Source: a virus. Taken from it: a stretch of DNA of 64,000 nucleotides. The translations under genes were made by a program, and so were the position numbers. The notes beneath the pieces were generated by a model. That model was given only the letters and a program-made list of their open reading frames with translations, made no database searches and was not told the DNA's origin. The stretch is taken from positions 44,943 through 108,942 of IMG/VR virus record IMGVR_UViG_3300020439_000004. The stretch is one strand, 5' to 3'. Shown here piece by piece: positions 1-8,201 of the stretch (positions are counted from its first letter, which is position 1; each line of letters begins with the position of its first letter).

Positions 1-135
1 GGATCACCTTCAGAGTTGCAAGTTCTCGTTGATGACCAGTTCTCAGTTCGCCAGAACAAGATTGGTTACTACGGTAAAGTTGAAGAGGGTCGCATCTGCA
101 TTGATGACCGCGCTCTTATCGGACTTGCTGTTTAA
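1..135 (+). CDS. 3' end of probable major capsid protein (partial)
   Basis: Frame 1 reads GSPSELQVLVDDQFSVRQNKIGYYGKVEEGRICIDDRALIGLAV*, resembling an HK97-fold capsid C-terminus; followed by a strong terminator and neck genes. Confidence 0.7.
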   Translation, partial: GSPSELQVLVDDQFSVRQNKIGYYGKVEEGRICIDDRALIGLAV

Positions 136-160
136 TCGACAGACACAATCTGACATTATT

Positions 161-194
161 AAGAGTCGCCTCGAAAGGGGCGGCTCTTTTTTTT
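161..194 (+). terminator. Rho-independent terminator
   Basis: AGAGTCGCCTC-GAAA-GGGGCGGCTCT stem followed by a T run. Confidence 0.9.
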
Positions 195-220
195 GATATT
201 TTAATTAAAATTGATATTAT
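193..220 (+). promoter_or_regulatory. sigma70-type promoter, leaderless
   Basis: TTGATA-16-TATTAT with ATG 6 nt downstream. Confidence 0.55.
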
Positions 221-226
221 ATATAT

Positions 227-649
227 ATGAGTAAGAAAAAGTCTCCAAAGAAAATGACGGTATCTAAAGGTGTAGAAAAGAAGAATTTAGAGGAGTTTGA
301 TGTAACAGATGGTAAAGAAAGAGATAAAAAAGAAAAAGCTCTAGAAGAAGTAAAAGAGCTTGAAGAGTTGCTTGGAATGCCTCAAATGAATCCTTATGGA
401 ACCTTAAATAGAGACATCTTCAGACAAAGATTAGAGTCTTCATCCGCTTCAGATCTTACAGATTTAGCTGCCAGAGTAGGCGTTCCTAGAGAAAGAAATA
501 TGAATCTTTTGAGGAAATCATTACTTCAATCTTTTGATTTCTATGCTCAAAAGCATAACGTCACTGTACAAGGAAACGCTAAACCAATTATAGACCCAAG
601 TTCCCCAGACTATGAAAAAACTGTAAAGTTATTTAAAGATTTACTATAA
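227..649 (+). CDS. hypothetical protein (basic N-terminus, helical)
   Basis: 140-aa ORF between the capsid terminator and neck genes. Confidence 0.7.
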   Translation: MSKKKSPKKMTVSKGVEKKNLEEFDVTDGKERDKKEKALEEVKELEELLGMPQMNPYGTLNRDIFRQRLESSSASDLTDLAARVGVPRERNMNLLRKSLLQSFDFYAQKHNVTVQGNAKPIIDPSSPDYEKTVKLFKDLL

Positions 650-653
650 CTTT

Positions 654-1151
654 ATGAATGACTTTGGGCAATTAGCGAGTGATATAATAACATACGACTT
701 TCCAAATGATACAGGTACTTATGGTACTGGGTATATTTCTGGCTGGTTGGAAGTTAATTTAGGCGAGCTAAATGGTCTAACTCATGAGGAATTTTCTGGA
801 AATGCTACAGGAGCTATAGAGTATACTTCTGGATCTGGTTTAATGCCTGTAGAGAAAAAGATTTTCAGAAGTTTATACGAAATTCATTACTATCAAAAAT
901 CAGCCAGAGAATCTCTTAGAGGGTTTACTTATGATTCTTCTGTTGATTGGATTACAATCAAAGAGGGTGATACAACTCTACAAAGACAAAATAAAAATTC
1001 TGTTGCTAAAACATATCGGGATTTAGAAGAAATGGCTGTTGAAAAACTAGATAATCTTTTATATCAATATAATTCTACAAAATCTTCTCCACTTCAAGTT
1101 GCTGGTACAGATGGAACTTCCTCTATACTAGTTCCAGATGAAACAGACTAA
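654..1151 (+). CDS. putative head-tail adaptor/neck protein
   Basis: Position after capsid; size; ITIKEGDTTLQR beta-hairpin like gp6-type adaptors. Confidence 0.55.
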   Translation: MNDFGQLASDIITYDFPNDTGTYGTGYISGWLEVNLGELNGLTHEEFSGNATGAIEYTSGSGLMPVEKKIFRSLYEIHYYQKSARESLRGFTYDSSVDWITIKEGDTTLQRQNKNSVAKTYRDLEEMAVEKLDNLLYQYNSTKSSPLQVAGTDGTSSILVPDETD

Positions 1152-1600
1152 TGGCATCTTTACTCACAGATGCAGAAAAGACTGCAATAAATAGCGCCCT
1201 ATCTGATGTCCATGATACATTTGCTAGAGATATTTATGTTTATGTTAAAGAGGCTTCTAGTGTTCCAGCGGAATTAAATTACAATCCTTTGTATGGTAGA
1301 ACGAAAAATACAGCAAGTTTGCCATCTAATGATAATATACTTACAAAATACACCTTTGCTGCGCGTATATTCTACAATAACAGGCAGCCAGAGGAAATTG
1401 TGGATGCGAACGCCCAAATGAACTTGCTAGCCTCTGACGGCAAAATACGGATCAAAGTCAAGTCAGATGCTTATGAGAAAATTAAAATATGCTCCAGAAT
1501 AGAAGTTGATGATGAGCTTTATGTTGTAGATGGTGATCCTAAAATTGTAGGCCCATTTGATTCTCAATTTTATTCTATATACTTAAAACGTGAAAACTAA
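1151..1600 (+). CDS. putative head-closure (stopper) protein
   Basis: Synteny; beta-rich C-terminus RIEVDDELYVV. Confidence 0.5.
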   Translation: MASLLTDAEKTAINSALSDVHDTFARDIYVYVKEASSVPAELNYNPLYGRTKNTASLPSNDNILTKYTFAARIFYNNRQPEEIVDANAQMNLLASDGKIRIKVKSDAYEKIKICSRIEVDDELYVVDGDPKIVGPFDSQFYSIYLKREN

Positions 1601-2232
1601 TGCCAAGACAAGGTTTTTTATCAGCAGGTAAATTCCAAGTCACAGTTAACGCAAAAGAGTTATTAAAAGAGTTAACTGTCGATAACGACAGGGCAATGGG
1701 GACAACTATAAGAAACTATATCGCTCCTAAGTTACAACAAAAGCAGGAAAGACTAGTTAAAAACTTTAAAACAAACAAAATAACTGTAGAGTTAAAAGCT
1801 GGCCCAACAGCTTCAAATACTAGTGGTGTTTTAGGAGGTTATGGTAACTTATTTTCATTTATTGGTTTTGATGCTGGGACAGACCCGACTGATGTTATTG
1901 AAAAAATATTTGAGCAAAAATTTAGATTCAGGGTTAGAAGAATAAATAAAACAGGAAAATATAAAATAACTTTTTTTATTCCTAGCATAGAAGAGATTTA
2001 TGCCTTAACGCCTATGCCTTGGGCATCTGGATCTAGCTGGGTTGATGGTATAGAAAAAGGAATGAGTAATGTTGGTAGTTATTTGTATAGCTCTAGAGGT
2101 TTCGGACAATCTAGGGCTGGAACAGGTTTACAAGCCAAAAACAAGTCTTCTGGTGTAACTTTTAGAAACACACCATACATAACAAGACTTTTAAATAATT
2201 TTAAAAGAACTTTAGTCAATTTTACTAAATGA
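1600..2232 (+). CDS. putative neck/tail-completion protein
   Basis: Basic 210-aa protein in the neck module. Confidence 0.45.
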   Translation: MPRQGFLSAGKFQVTVNAKELLKELTVDNDRAMGTTIRNYIAPKLQQKQERLVKNFKTNKITVELKAGPTASNTSGVLGGYGNLFSFIGFDAGTDPTDVIEKIFEQKFRFRVRRINKTGKYKITFFIPSIEEIYALTPMPWASGSSWVDGIEKGMSNVGSYLYSSRGFGQSRAGTGLQAKNKSSGVTFRNTPYITRLLNNFKRTLVNFTK

Positions 2233-3104
2233 AGGCACAATTTGATCAGACATTACTATCAAGTTTTTACTTGTGGTTTGAGAATTATTTATTAAAAGAT
2301 AATTCGAAGGCTTATTCTACAGGAGCTAGCAATACATTTAAATATGTAGATTTTGCTGATGTTCCGAGTAGTCATTATGGATATCAAGGGCAATTCAAAC
2401 AACTTGTAGGAGAACATAGTGTAGATGTCCCTAACTCTGGCTTTTTCTCAGATGGAGGTTTTGTTACTGGCGATTATGATAATAATGGCGGTGTATTTAC
2501 AGACTATGACAACGGAAGATTAATATTTCCCTCTGCCTCTGGTACTGGTCTAACTTTAACAGCTAATTCTACTGTAAAAGAAGTAAATACTTATATTTCC
2601 TATGATGGTGATTTAGAGACTATTTTACATTCAGATTTCAAAGAAGCTGGAGCTAGTTATCCTTATCAATACTCAAAAGATAGCGAGTTAGATGAGCAGA
2701 TATTCTTTCTGCCAGCTTGTTTTATTTCTTTAGCTTCTTCTGATAATACAGAGTTTTCTTTTGGGGGTGAAGAAAATACAGAGTCTAGAGTAAGGGTTAT
2801 GATTCTCAGTTCTGACAATTATATTATGGATTCTGTTATGTCGTTATTTAGAGATTCAGTTAGAAATGACTTTAAAAACGTACCTTACGAAAGTTTCCCA
2901 TATGGCCCATTTTATTCTATAAAAAGCTATCCTTATACTTATGATGGATTAATTTCAGGGTTATCAAACCCAGAAACTACTCATATTGACAATGTAACTG
3001 TATCTAAAGTTGTTTCAGAACAACTAAGAGAAAACTTAAATAAGGGCATTTCTATTGGTTTTATAGACTTTGATTTATGCACTTACCGTTTCCCTAGGCT
3101 ATAA
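2229..3104 (+). CDS. putative tail terminator/neck protein
   Basis: Directly upstream of the tail tube gene; ATGA overlap. Confidence 0.45.
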   Translation: MKAQFDQTLLSSFYLWFENYLLKDNSKAYSTGASNTFKYVDFADVPSSHYGYQGQFKQLVGEHSVDVPNSGFFSDGGFVTGDYDNNGGVFTDYDNGRLIFPSASGTGLTLTANSTVKEVNTYISYDGDLETILHSDFKEAGASYPYQYSKDSELDEQIFFLPACFISLASSDNTEFSFGGEENTESRVRVMILSSDNYIMDSVMSLFRDSVRNDFKNVPYESFPYGPFYSIKSYPYTYDGLISGLSNPETTHIDNVTVSKVVSEQLRENLNKGISIGFIDFDLCTYRFPRL

Positions 3105-3108
3105 AATA

Positions 3109-3114
3109 GTGTAA
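3109..3114 (+). promoter_or_regulatory. GTGTAA putative late promoter element
   Basis: Recurrent hexamer upstream of structural and lysis genes. Confidence 0.65.
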
Positions 3115-3145
3115 AGATGGTTAAACATTTTTATTCTTAAATTTT

Positions 3146-4348
3146 ATGGCAACTTCTAGAACACGAGTAATTTCACAATCAAAAGCTGTATTTGTAGGCC
3201 CAACAGGCATAGAGCATGATACAGACTCAGGGTACATCCCTGATCAACTACACCGTATCGACACTTTTTCCTTTGATATTGATATCGCTGGAGCAAGGCA
3301 AGATATTAGAGAATTTGGTCAATTAGCAAGAATTGACTCTTTAACAATGTCAGACATAAACCCAAGTATTTCTTTCGGGTATTATTTTACTGACGGAGAA
3401 AATGAAGCTAGACTTGGATTTAATGATGATGGTATTGATAACACTGGTCCGTTATCTCAGTTTATATCAGGAATCATCACTGAAGATCCTAAAAAGAGCG
3501 TTAAAAATCTTTATGTTCTTACTGCTAAGGAAGGTATTGATGCCTTTAATAGTGGGCAAATGATAACTCCAACAAACAGAGCGCTTTCTGATGTAGTTAG
3601 CTTCGGTAATGTTGTTATTAACAATTATTCTGCAAGTTTCGCAGTTGGAGATATTCCAAGAGTTGATATCGAGGCTGAAGCTTCAAATATTTTATTTACA
3701 ACTGGAACATATAGTGGTTTCGACAACCCATCTATAAATTCAGTAGGTGAGAAACAAGCTGGAAAAGTTGCTGTTATTGCTGATCCTGATGACGGAACTG
3801 TTCCAAAAGCTCCTTCTACTGGAGATTCTACAATATCAGTTTTAAGACCAGAAGATATTACAATTACATTTACTTCCCCTAGTTTTGATATGGGTGGAAC
3901 TAACTTTAGTGATATGCATGTACAAAGTGCATCTATTGATGTACCTTTAGCAAGAGGAAACATAGAAGCCCTTGGTAAAGCAAGAGCTGTTGCTAAACCT
4001 CTTGAGTTTCCAATTGATGTAACTATGTCATTTAGCTCATTATTAAAGAACTTTGATGATGGTGCTTTAGACTTAGTTCTTACTGGATCAGCAGGTGATC
4101 AAAAGACAGATATAACTCTTTCTATTACAAATAGAGAAGATTTAGAGATTAGTAGATTTACTCTAAAGAACGCTCAATTAGATAGTCAGGCGTTCAGTCA
4201 AGGGCTTGACGATAATGAGACTGTAGATCTTACATTCTCTGCACAGATCGGTGGACCTAATACAATAACTCAAGGGTTGTTTTACAGTGGTAAAGCTGAT
4301 CCAACTGTAGATGCTACAGGTGCTACCAACAGTTACGATATAGCTTAA
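3146..4348 (+). CDS. major tail tube protein
   Basis: Acidic, beta-rich 400 aa with two tube-like halves (RQDIREFG / RGNIEALG); own promoter motif and terminator. Confidence 0.7.
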   Translation: MATSRTRVISQSKAVFVGPTGIEHDTDSGYIPDQLHRIDTFSFDIDIAGARQDIREFGQLARIDSLTMSDINPSISFGYYFTDGENEARLGFNDDGIDNTGPLSQFISGIITEDPKKSVKNLYVLTAKEGIDAFNSGQMITPTNRALSDVVSFGNVVINNYSASFAVGDIPRVDIEAEASNILFTTGTYSGFDNPSINSVGEKQAGKVAVIADPDDGTVPKAPSTGDSTISVLRPEDITITFTSPSFDMGGTNFSDMHVQSASIDVPLARGNIEALGKARAVAKPLEFPIDVTMSFSSLLKNFDDGALDLVLTGSAGDQKTDITLSITNREDLEISRFTLKNAQLDSQAFSQGLDDNETVDLTFSAQIGGPNTITQGLFYSGKADPTVDATGATNSYDIA

Positions 4349-4371
4349 CATTATAAATATATAAATAAAAC

Positions 4372-4398
4372 AGCCTCGCCTTCGGGCGGGGCTTTTTT
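4372..4398 (+). terminator. Rho-independent terminator
   Basis: AGCCTCGCC-TTCG-GGCGGGGCT followed by a T run. Confidence 0.9.
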
Positions 4399-4400
4399 AT

Positions 4401-4406
4401 GTGTAA
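4401..4406 (+). promoter_or_regulatory. GTGTAA putative late promoter element
   Basis: Right after the terminator, 8 nt before ATG. Confidence 0.7.
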
Positions 4407-4414
4407 TATACAGT

Positions 4415-5278
4415 ATGGCATTAGATAGAGTTCATTCTAGCGAGACTCAGTTGTTTTATACTGGAGTTAGAGTACCTGCTATACAGTCTATTAATTTTTC
4501 TACAGAAAAGCAGACTACTGATATCAGGCATTTAGGTCATTTGTCTTATGGAGAAAGAATATTAAACTCTAACCAAACAGTTTCATTTAGTTACTCTAAT
4601 GTCATTACTACAGGGGCTAGTGGACAAGATCCGTTTTACAATTACCAGCTATCAGATAGTGGATTTATGAATACCACAAGTTATGGATTTAACATAAAGG
4701 ATTTTGCAGGTCAAAATACTATAACTGGAGCTTATCTAAGTTCATATTCACTGAGAGGCTCTGTAGGGTCTTTTGTTGAAGGTGAATCTTCTTATGTGGG
4801 AGAAGTAGTATCTTTTGACTCTTCAAATGCTATAGGATTTAGTGACATGTCTGATGACACTTTTGATGTATTCCAACCTAGAGATATATCAATTGTAACA
4901 TCAGGCTCTATGGGTAGTGCTGGCACAGGAGTTATAAGTACAGCTAATTTAAGTATACAAAGTTTTGACATTTCAGTAGCTACCTCAAGACAACCTATAA
5001 ATAGACTAGGTTCAAGAACTCCAGAGTTTAGATATCCAAGTTTGCCTATTGATGGCACTTTGAATGTAAGTTTTTTAAAGACTGCTGTTACTGGAATAGA
5101 CATGGGGCCGCTCATAATAGATACAGGAACTATAACAGTAGAATTGAAAGATGATGCCGACGACACTATAATGAGATTTATAAATAGTGGATGTAGTTTA
5201 AAGTCTGTCTCAGAATCAGTAGATCTAGATGGAAATAATCTTTTAAACTTTTCTTACGTTATTTGTATAAAAAAATGA
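4415..5278 (+). CDS. minor tail tube paralogue
   Basis: Colinear motifs shared with 3146..4348 (DIRHLG/DIREFG, QPRDISI/RPEDITI, LPIDG/FPIDV, LDGN/LDDN). Confidence 0.6.
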   Translation: MALDRVHSSETQLFYTGVRVPAIQSINFSTEKQTTDIRHLGHLSYGERILNSNQTVSFSYSNVITTGASGQDPFYNYQLSDSGFMNTTSYGFNIKDFAGQNTITGAYLSSYSLRGSVGSFVEGESSYVGEVVSFDSSNAIGFSDMSDDTFDVFQPRDISIVTSGSMGSAGTGVISTANLSIQSFDISVATSRQPINRLGSRTPEFRYPSLPIDGTLNVSFLKTAVTGIDMGPLIIDTGTITVELKDDADDTIMRFINSGCSLKSVSESVDLDGNNLLNFSYVICIKK

Positions 5279-6537
5279 ATGTAACAGGAACTCTACCATC
5301 AGGATTTAAAAATTCAATTATAGATATTGAATTAATTGTGAATTCACCTCAAAGCGGATTTGAAGTATCTTTAATGGAAAGCGGGAAATTTCACTCCTCT
5401 AAATTAATTACTTTTTCAGGCTCTGAGGGCGCTATGTTTGATCAAAGCGGTAATTTTTTTGGTGGCTACAAAAGTGGTTCAGCACTAGATTTAAAAGTTC
5501 ACTATGATTATGCAAATTCTGGATTTTCTTATTATTTTGAAAATACTTTAATTGCTAACAACTTACAACCTACAGGAGTTAGCGAGGGAGCCACAGATGC
5601 GAGTGTTAATGCTGTAAGTTTTAAAAAGTATGGTAATTCCTCTGTATCTGTAGTTGCAAATGGAGATGCTAGAACAACTTTAGCTAAAGATGCTACAGAT
5701 CAAATAGAATCAGATATCACAGATTCCATGGATGTAGCCACTAATGGAAGCATGTTTATAGGTTATACAGATCCTGCTGGAACTTTAGAAGGGGGTGGTT
5801 TTAATGCTTTGCGCTCTGACAACTTCTGGGGTAAAGATATTGATTTTACAGCAGTAAGCGTTTGGAATAATGAAGGTGACGGAAGTGCTGGTAGTGAAGA
5901 TTTTAGGAAAAGAGCAGCAACCGCTATTACCAGAAGACACGTAGTAATGGCAAAACATTTCCCAATAGCAGCATCTCAAGTAGTTTATTTTTCAGATTCT
6001 AATGGAACTTGGATCTCTAGAACAATTGAAGCTGTAGCAAACCACGCGAGCGCTGATATTACAGTTGGCGTATTAGATGAGGATCTTCCTGAAACTGTAA
6101 CCCCTGTTAAGGTTGTGCCTTCTAATATTAATACATACTTTAGAAGAAATACCTCAACTCAGCTAATAAGTGATTTTTTTAGGCCAATAGTTGTTGGGTT
6201 TGATTTTGAGAAAAAAGGTTTATTGATGGAATTGAATAATGCAAATGATGCTTCAAACTTGTTCCGATTCCTTGCAGCAGGTTCAATTCCCAGCCCTTTT
6301 AGTAATTTATCTGAAGCTTTGGGTTCTGGAGATTCAGGAAACCCATGTTTTTTAATAATTGATGGTGAAGCAATATTAATTGGCACTTTCCACACTACAG
6401 CGTATGGGCCAGCTTTTGCTAATTATATTTCAGATATAAATACACTTATTGCCTCCGCTGATTCTTCTGCAAGTATTACTACAAATCTAGTAGTAACAGA
6501 GGCTAAGTTGCCGTTAACTACTTATTTCAGTTATTAA
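5275..6537 (+). CDS. virion protein with trypsin-like serine protease domain
   Basis: Triad motifs AITRRHVVMAKH, ADITVG, GDSGNP; start at ATG 5275 overlapping the upstream TGA. Confidence 0.7.
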   Translation: MNVTGTLPSGFKNSIIDIELIVNSPQSGFEVSLMESGKFHSSKLITFSGSEGAMFDQSGNFFGGYKSGSALDLKVHYDYANSGFSYYFENTLIANNLQPTGVSEGATDASVNAVSFKKYGNSSVSVVANGDARTTLAKDATDQIESDITDSMDVATNGSMFIGYTDPAGTLEGGGFNALRSDNFWGKDIDFTAVSVWNNEGDGSAGSEDFRKRAATAITRRHVVMAKHFPIAASQVVYFSDSNGTWISRTIEAVANHASADITVGVLDEDLPETVTPVKVVPSNINTYFRRNTSTQLISDFFRPIVVGFDFEKKGLLMELNNANDASNLFRFLAAGSIPSPFSNLSEALGSGDSGNPCFLIIDGEAILIGTFHTTAYGPAFANYISDINTLIASADSSASITTNLVVTEAKLPLTTYFSY

Positions 6538-6544
6538 TATTTTT

Positions 6545-6573
6545 TTGATAAAAGCTTAGTTATTTTTTATAAT
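6545..6573 (+). promoter_or_regulatory. sigma70-type promoter
   Basis: TTGATA-17-TATAAT with ATG 9 nt downstream. Confidence 0.75.
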
Positions 6574-6582
6574 AAAAAATAT

Positions 6583-7326
6583 ATGAGTGATTTATATACT
6601 TTTGATATCAAGAGGAAAGCTGGCGGAAAATCAAAAAAAACCATAAAAACTAAAGTTATTATTAAAAGACCAACTTTAGCACAAACTGAAGATGGTGAAT
6701 TTTTCTATGGTCAAAAATTTAATGAGTTTATTAATGCTGGCTTTCTAACTAAAGCCATGCTATCCAAGAAAATGGAAGACATAGGTGAAGGAGTCTTTTC
6801 TAAGAAAGAAAGCGCTCAAATGCAAGAAATAATGAAGCAGAATGTAGAGGCGAGTAGAATTATTGAGTTTTATGGAGAAGCAAAAGATTTAGATGAAGAG
6901 CAAGAACAAAAACTAGAGAATGCCAAAGATGATTTTGTTGCTACCCAATCTGCTCTATACCAGTATCAGAGCCAACTTAGGGATCAGTATTCACAAACAG
7001 CGGATTCAAAAGCAGAGCAAAAGTTAATAGAATGGTTTGTTTTTAACTTTTCTTTTTATGAAGATAAAATAGATAATAAAAAAGAGTTATTTCCTATCTT
7101 TCAGGGAGAGAATTATGATGATAAAAGAAAATTTTATCTATACATCTCTGATGAAGCCACTGAAATTAAAGATGACGATCTTAAAAAGGCTAAAGATATA
7201 TTTCAAGAGTCTTACGATACTTTAATTAGAGTTATTAGCATTTGGTTTAATCAATTAGGTAGGGATCAAAAGTCTATTGATAAAGCTTTGAACGATTTGT
7301 TTACAGACGAAGAAGATGCAAAATGA
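6583..7326 (+). CDS. putative tail assembly chaperone
   Basis: Charged helical protein between the tube and tape-measure genes. Confidence 0.5.
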   Translation: MSDLYTFDIKRKAGGKSKKTIKTKVIIKRPTLAQTEDGEFFYGQKFNEFINAGFLTKAMLSKKMEDIGEGVFSKKESAQMQEIMKQNVEASRIIEFYGEAKDLDEEQEQKLENAKDDFVATQSALYQYQSQLRDQYSQTADSKAEQKLIEWFVFNFSFYEDKIDNKKELFPIFQGENYDDKRKFYLYISDEATEIKDDDLKKAKDIFQESYDTLIRVISIWFNQLGRDQKSIDKALNDLFTDEEDAK

Positions 7327-8182
7327 GATATCTCCATCTCAAATTTTATTAGAAATCTCCAGAGGTTATAGCGTTTTTGAAATAAACGAAAAAATATATT
7401 TCTTTAAGCATTTCTCTATAGAGGAAATGCTAACTCTAGATGAGTTTGAAAGAGATGAAGCTAAAAGGGCTAAAAAAATGGGCCTAAAAAATGAGGGTGA
7501 GCTTTTAAAAGATGCCATGAAATATGGCGCTTGGACTCAGCAAGAAGAAGATAAAATAAAATCTCTTGAATGGACAATTAATAACTCTTATAAGGTTTTA
7601 GAAAAATTCAGCGATCCTGTCACAAAAAGAAGCTTTGAGAATCAAATAAAAGATCAAGAAGAAGAATTAAAAATATTAAAAAATAAAAAATCTAAGATTA
7701 GTTCTTACAGCGCAGAAGCTTTAGCACAGCAAAAGAAGCTCTCGAAAATGATATTTAACTCCTTATTTTACGATAAGGAGTTTACTAAAATTGTAAAAGA
7801 TAAAGATGTTGAAGTTTTAGGTGCTTTAGTTTTTTCAAAATTTAGTGAATTGGCTAATAAGGAAAATACTTTAAAGGCATGTTATTTAACTTATTTTTTT
7901 GAAGTCTTTATGGCTACTTCTAATTGCTTAGACTTATTCAAAACAGATTTTATGAATTTAACAATATTCCAAAAGGGTCTAATTTCTTACAGTCGCGCCC
8001 TTATGAACAAGATACAAAATACTAGCATCCCTGAGAAAATATACGGAGATCCTGTAAAAATGTTTGATTACAAGGAACCAAAGAAAGAAGAAAAAGAGAA
8101 CACAACGCATGGTTTAGACGATTTAAAGAGAAGAATGTCTAGCAGAGGTGGAGAACTTAAAGCTGAGGACTTTTTAGGTTGA
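7316..8182 (+). CDS. putative second tail assembly chaperone
   Basis: Coiled-coil protein directly before the tape measure. Confidence 0.5.
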   Translation: MQNEISPSQILLEISRGYSVFEINEKIYFFKHFSIEEMLTLDEFERDEAKRAKKMGLKNEGELLKDAMKYGAWTQQEEDKIKSLEWTINNSYKVLEKFSDPVTKRSFENQIKDQEEELKILKNKKSKISSYSAEALAQQKKLSKMIFNSLFYDKEFTKIVKDKDVEVLGALVFSKFSELANKENTLKACYLTYFFEVFMATSNCLDLFKTDFMNLTIFQKGLISYSRALMNKIQNTSIPEKIYGDPVKMFDYKEPKKEEKENTTHGLDDLKRRMSSRGGELKAEDFLG

Positions 8183-8183
8183 T

Positions 8184-8200
8184 TAGTGTAATTTACACTA
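8184..8200. promoter_or_regulatory. palindromic GTGTAA element (TAGTGTAA-T-TTACACTA)
   Basis: Perfect 8-bp inverted repeat filling the intergenic gap; plus-strand GTGTAA is 10 nt before the tape-measure ATG. Confidence 0.6.
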
Positions 8201-8201
8201 T

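Noticed and set aside
7280-7330. Programmed -1 frameshift between the tail chaperone genes
   Set aside because: No XXXYYYZ slippery site seen; the second gene is in the +1 frame and has its own ATG
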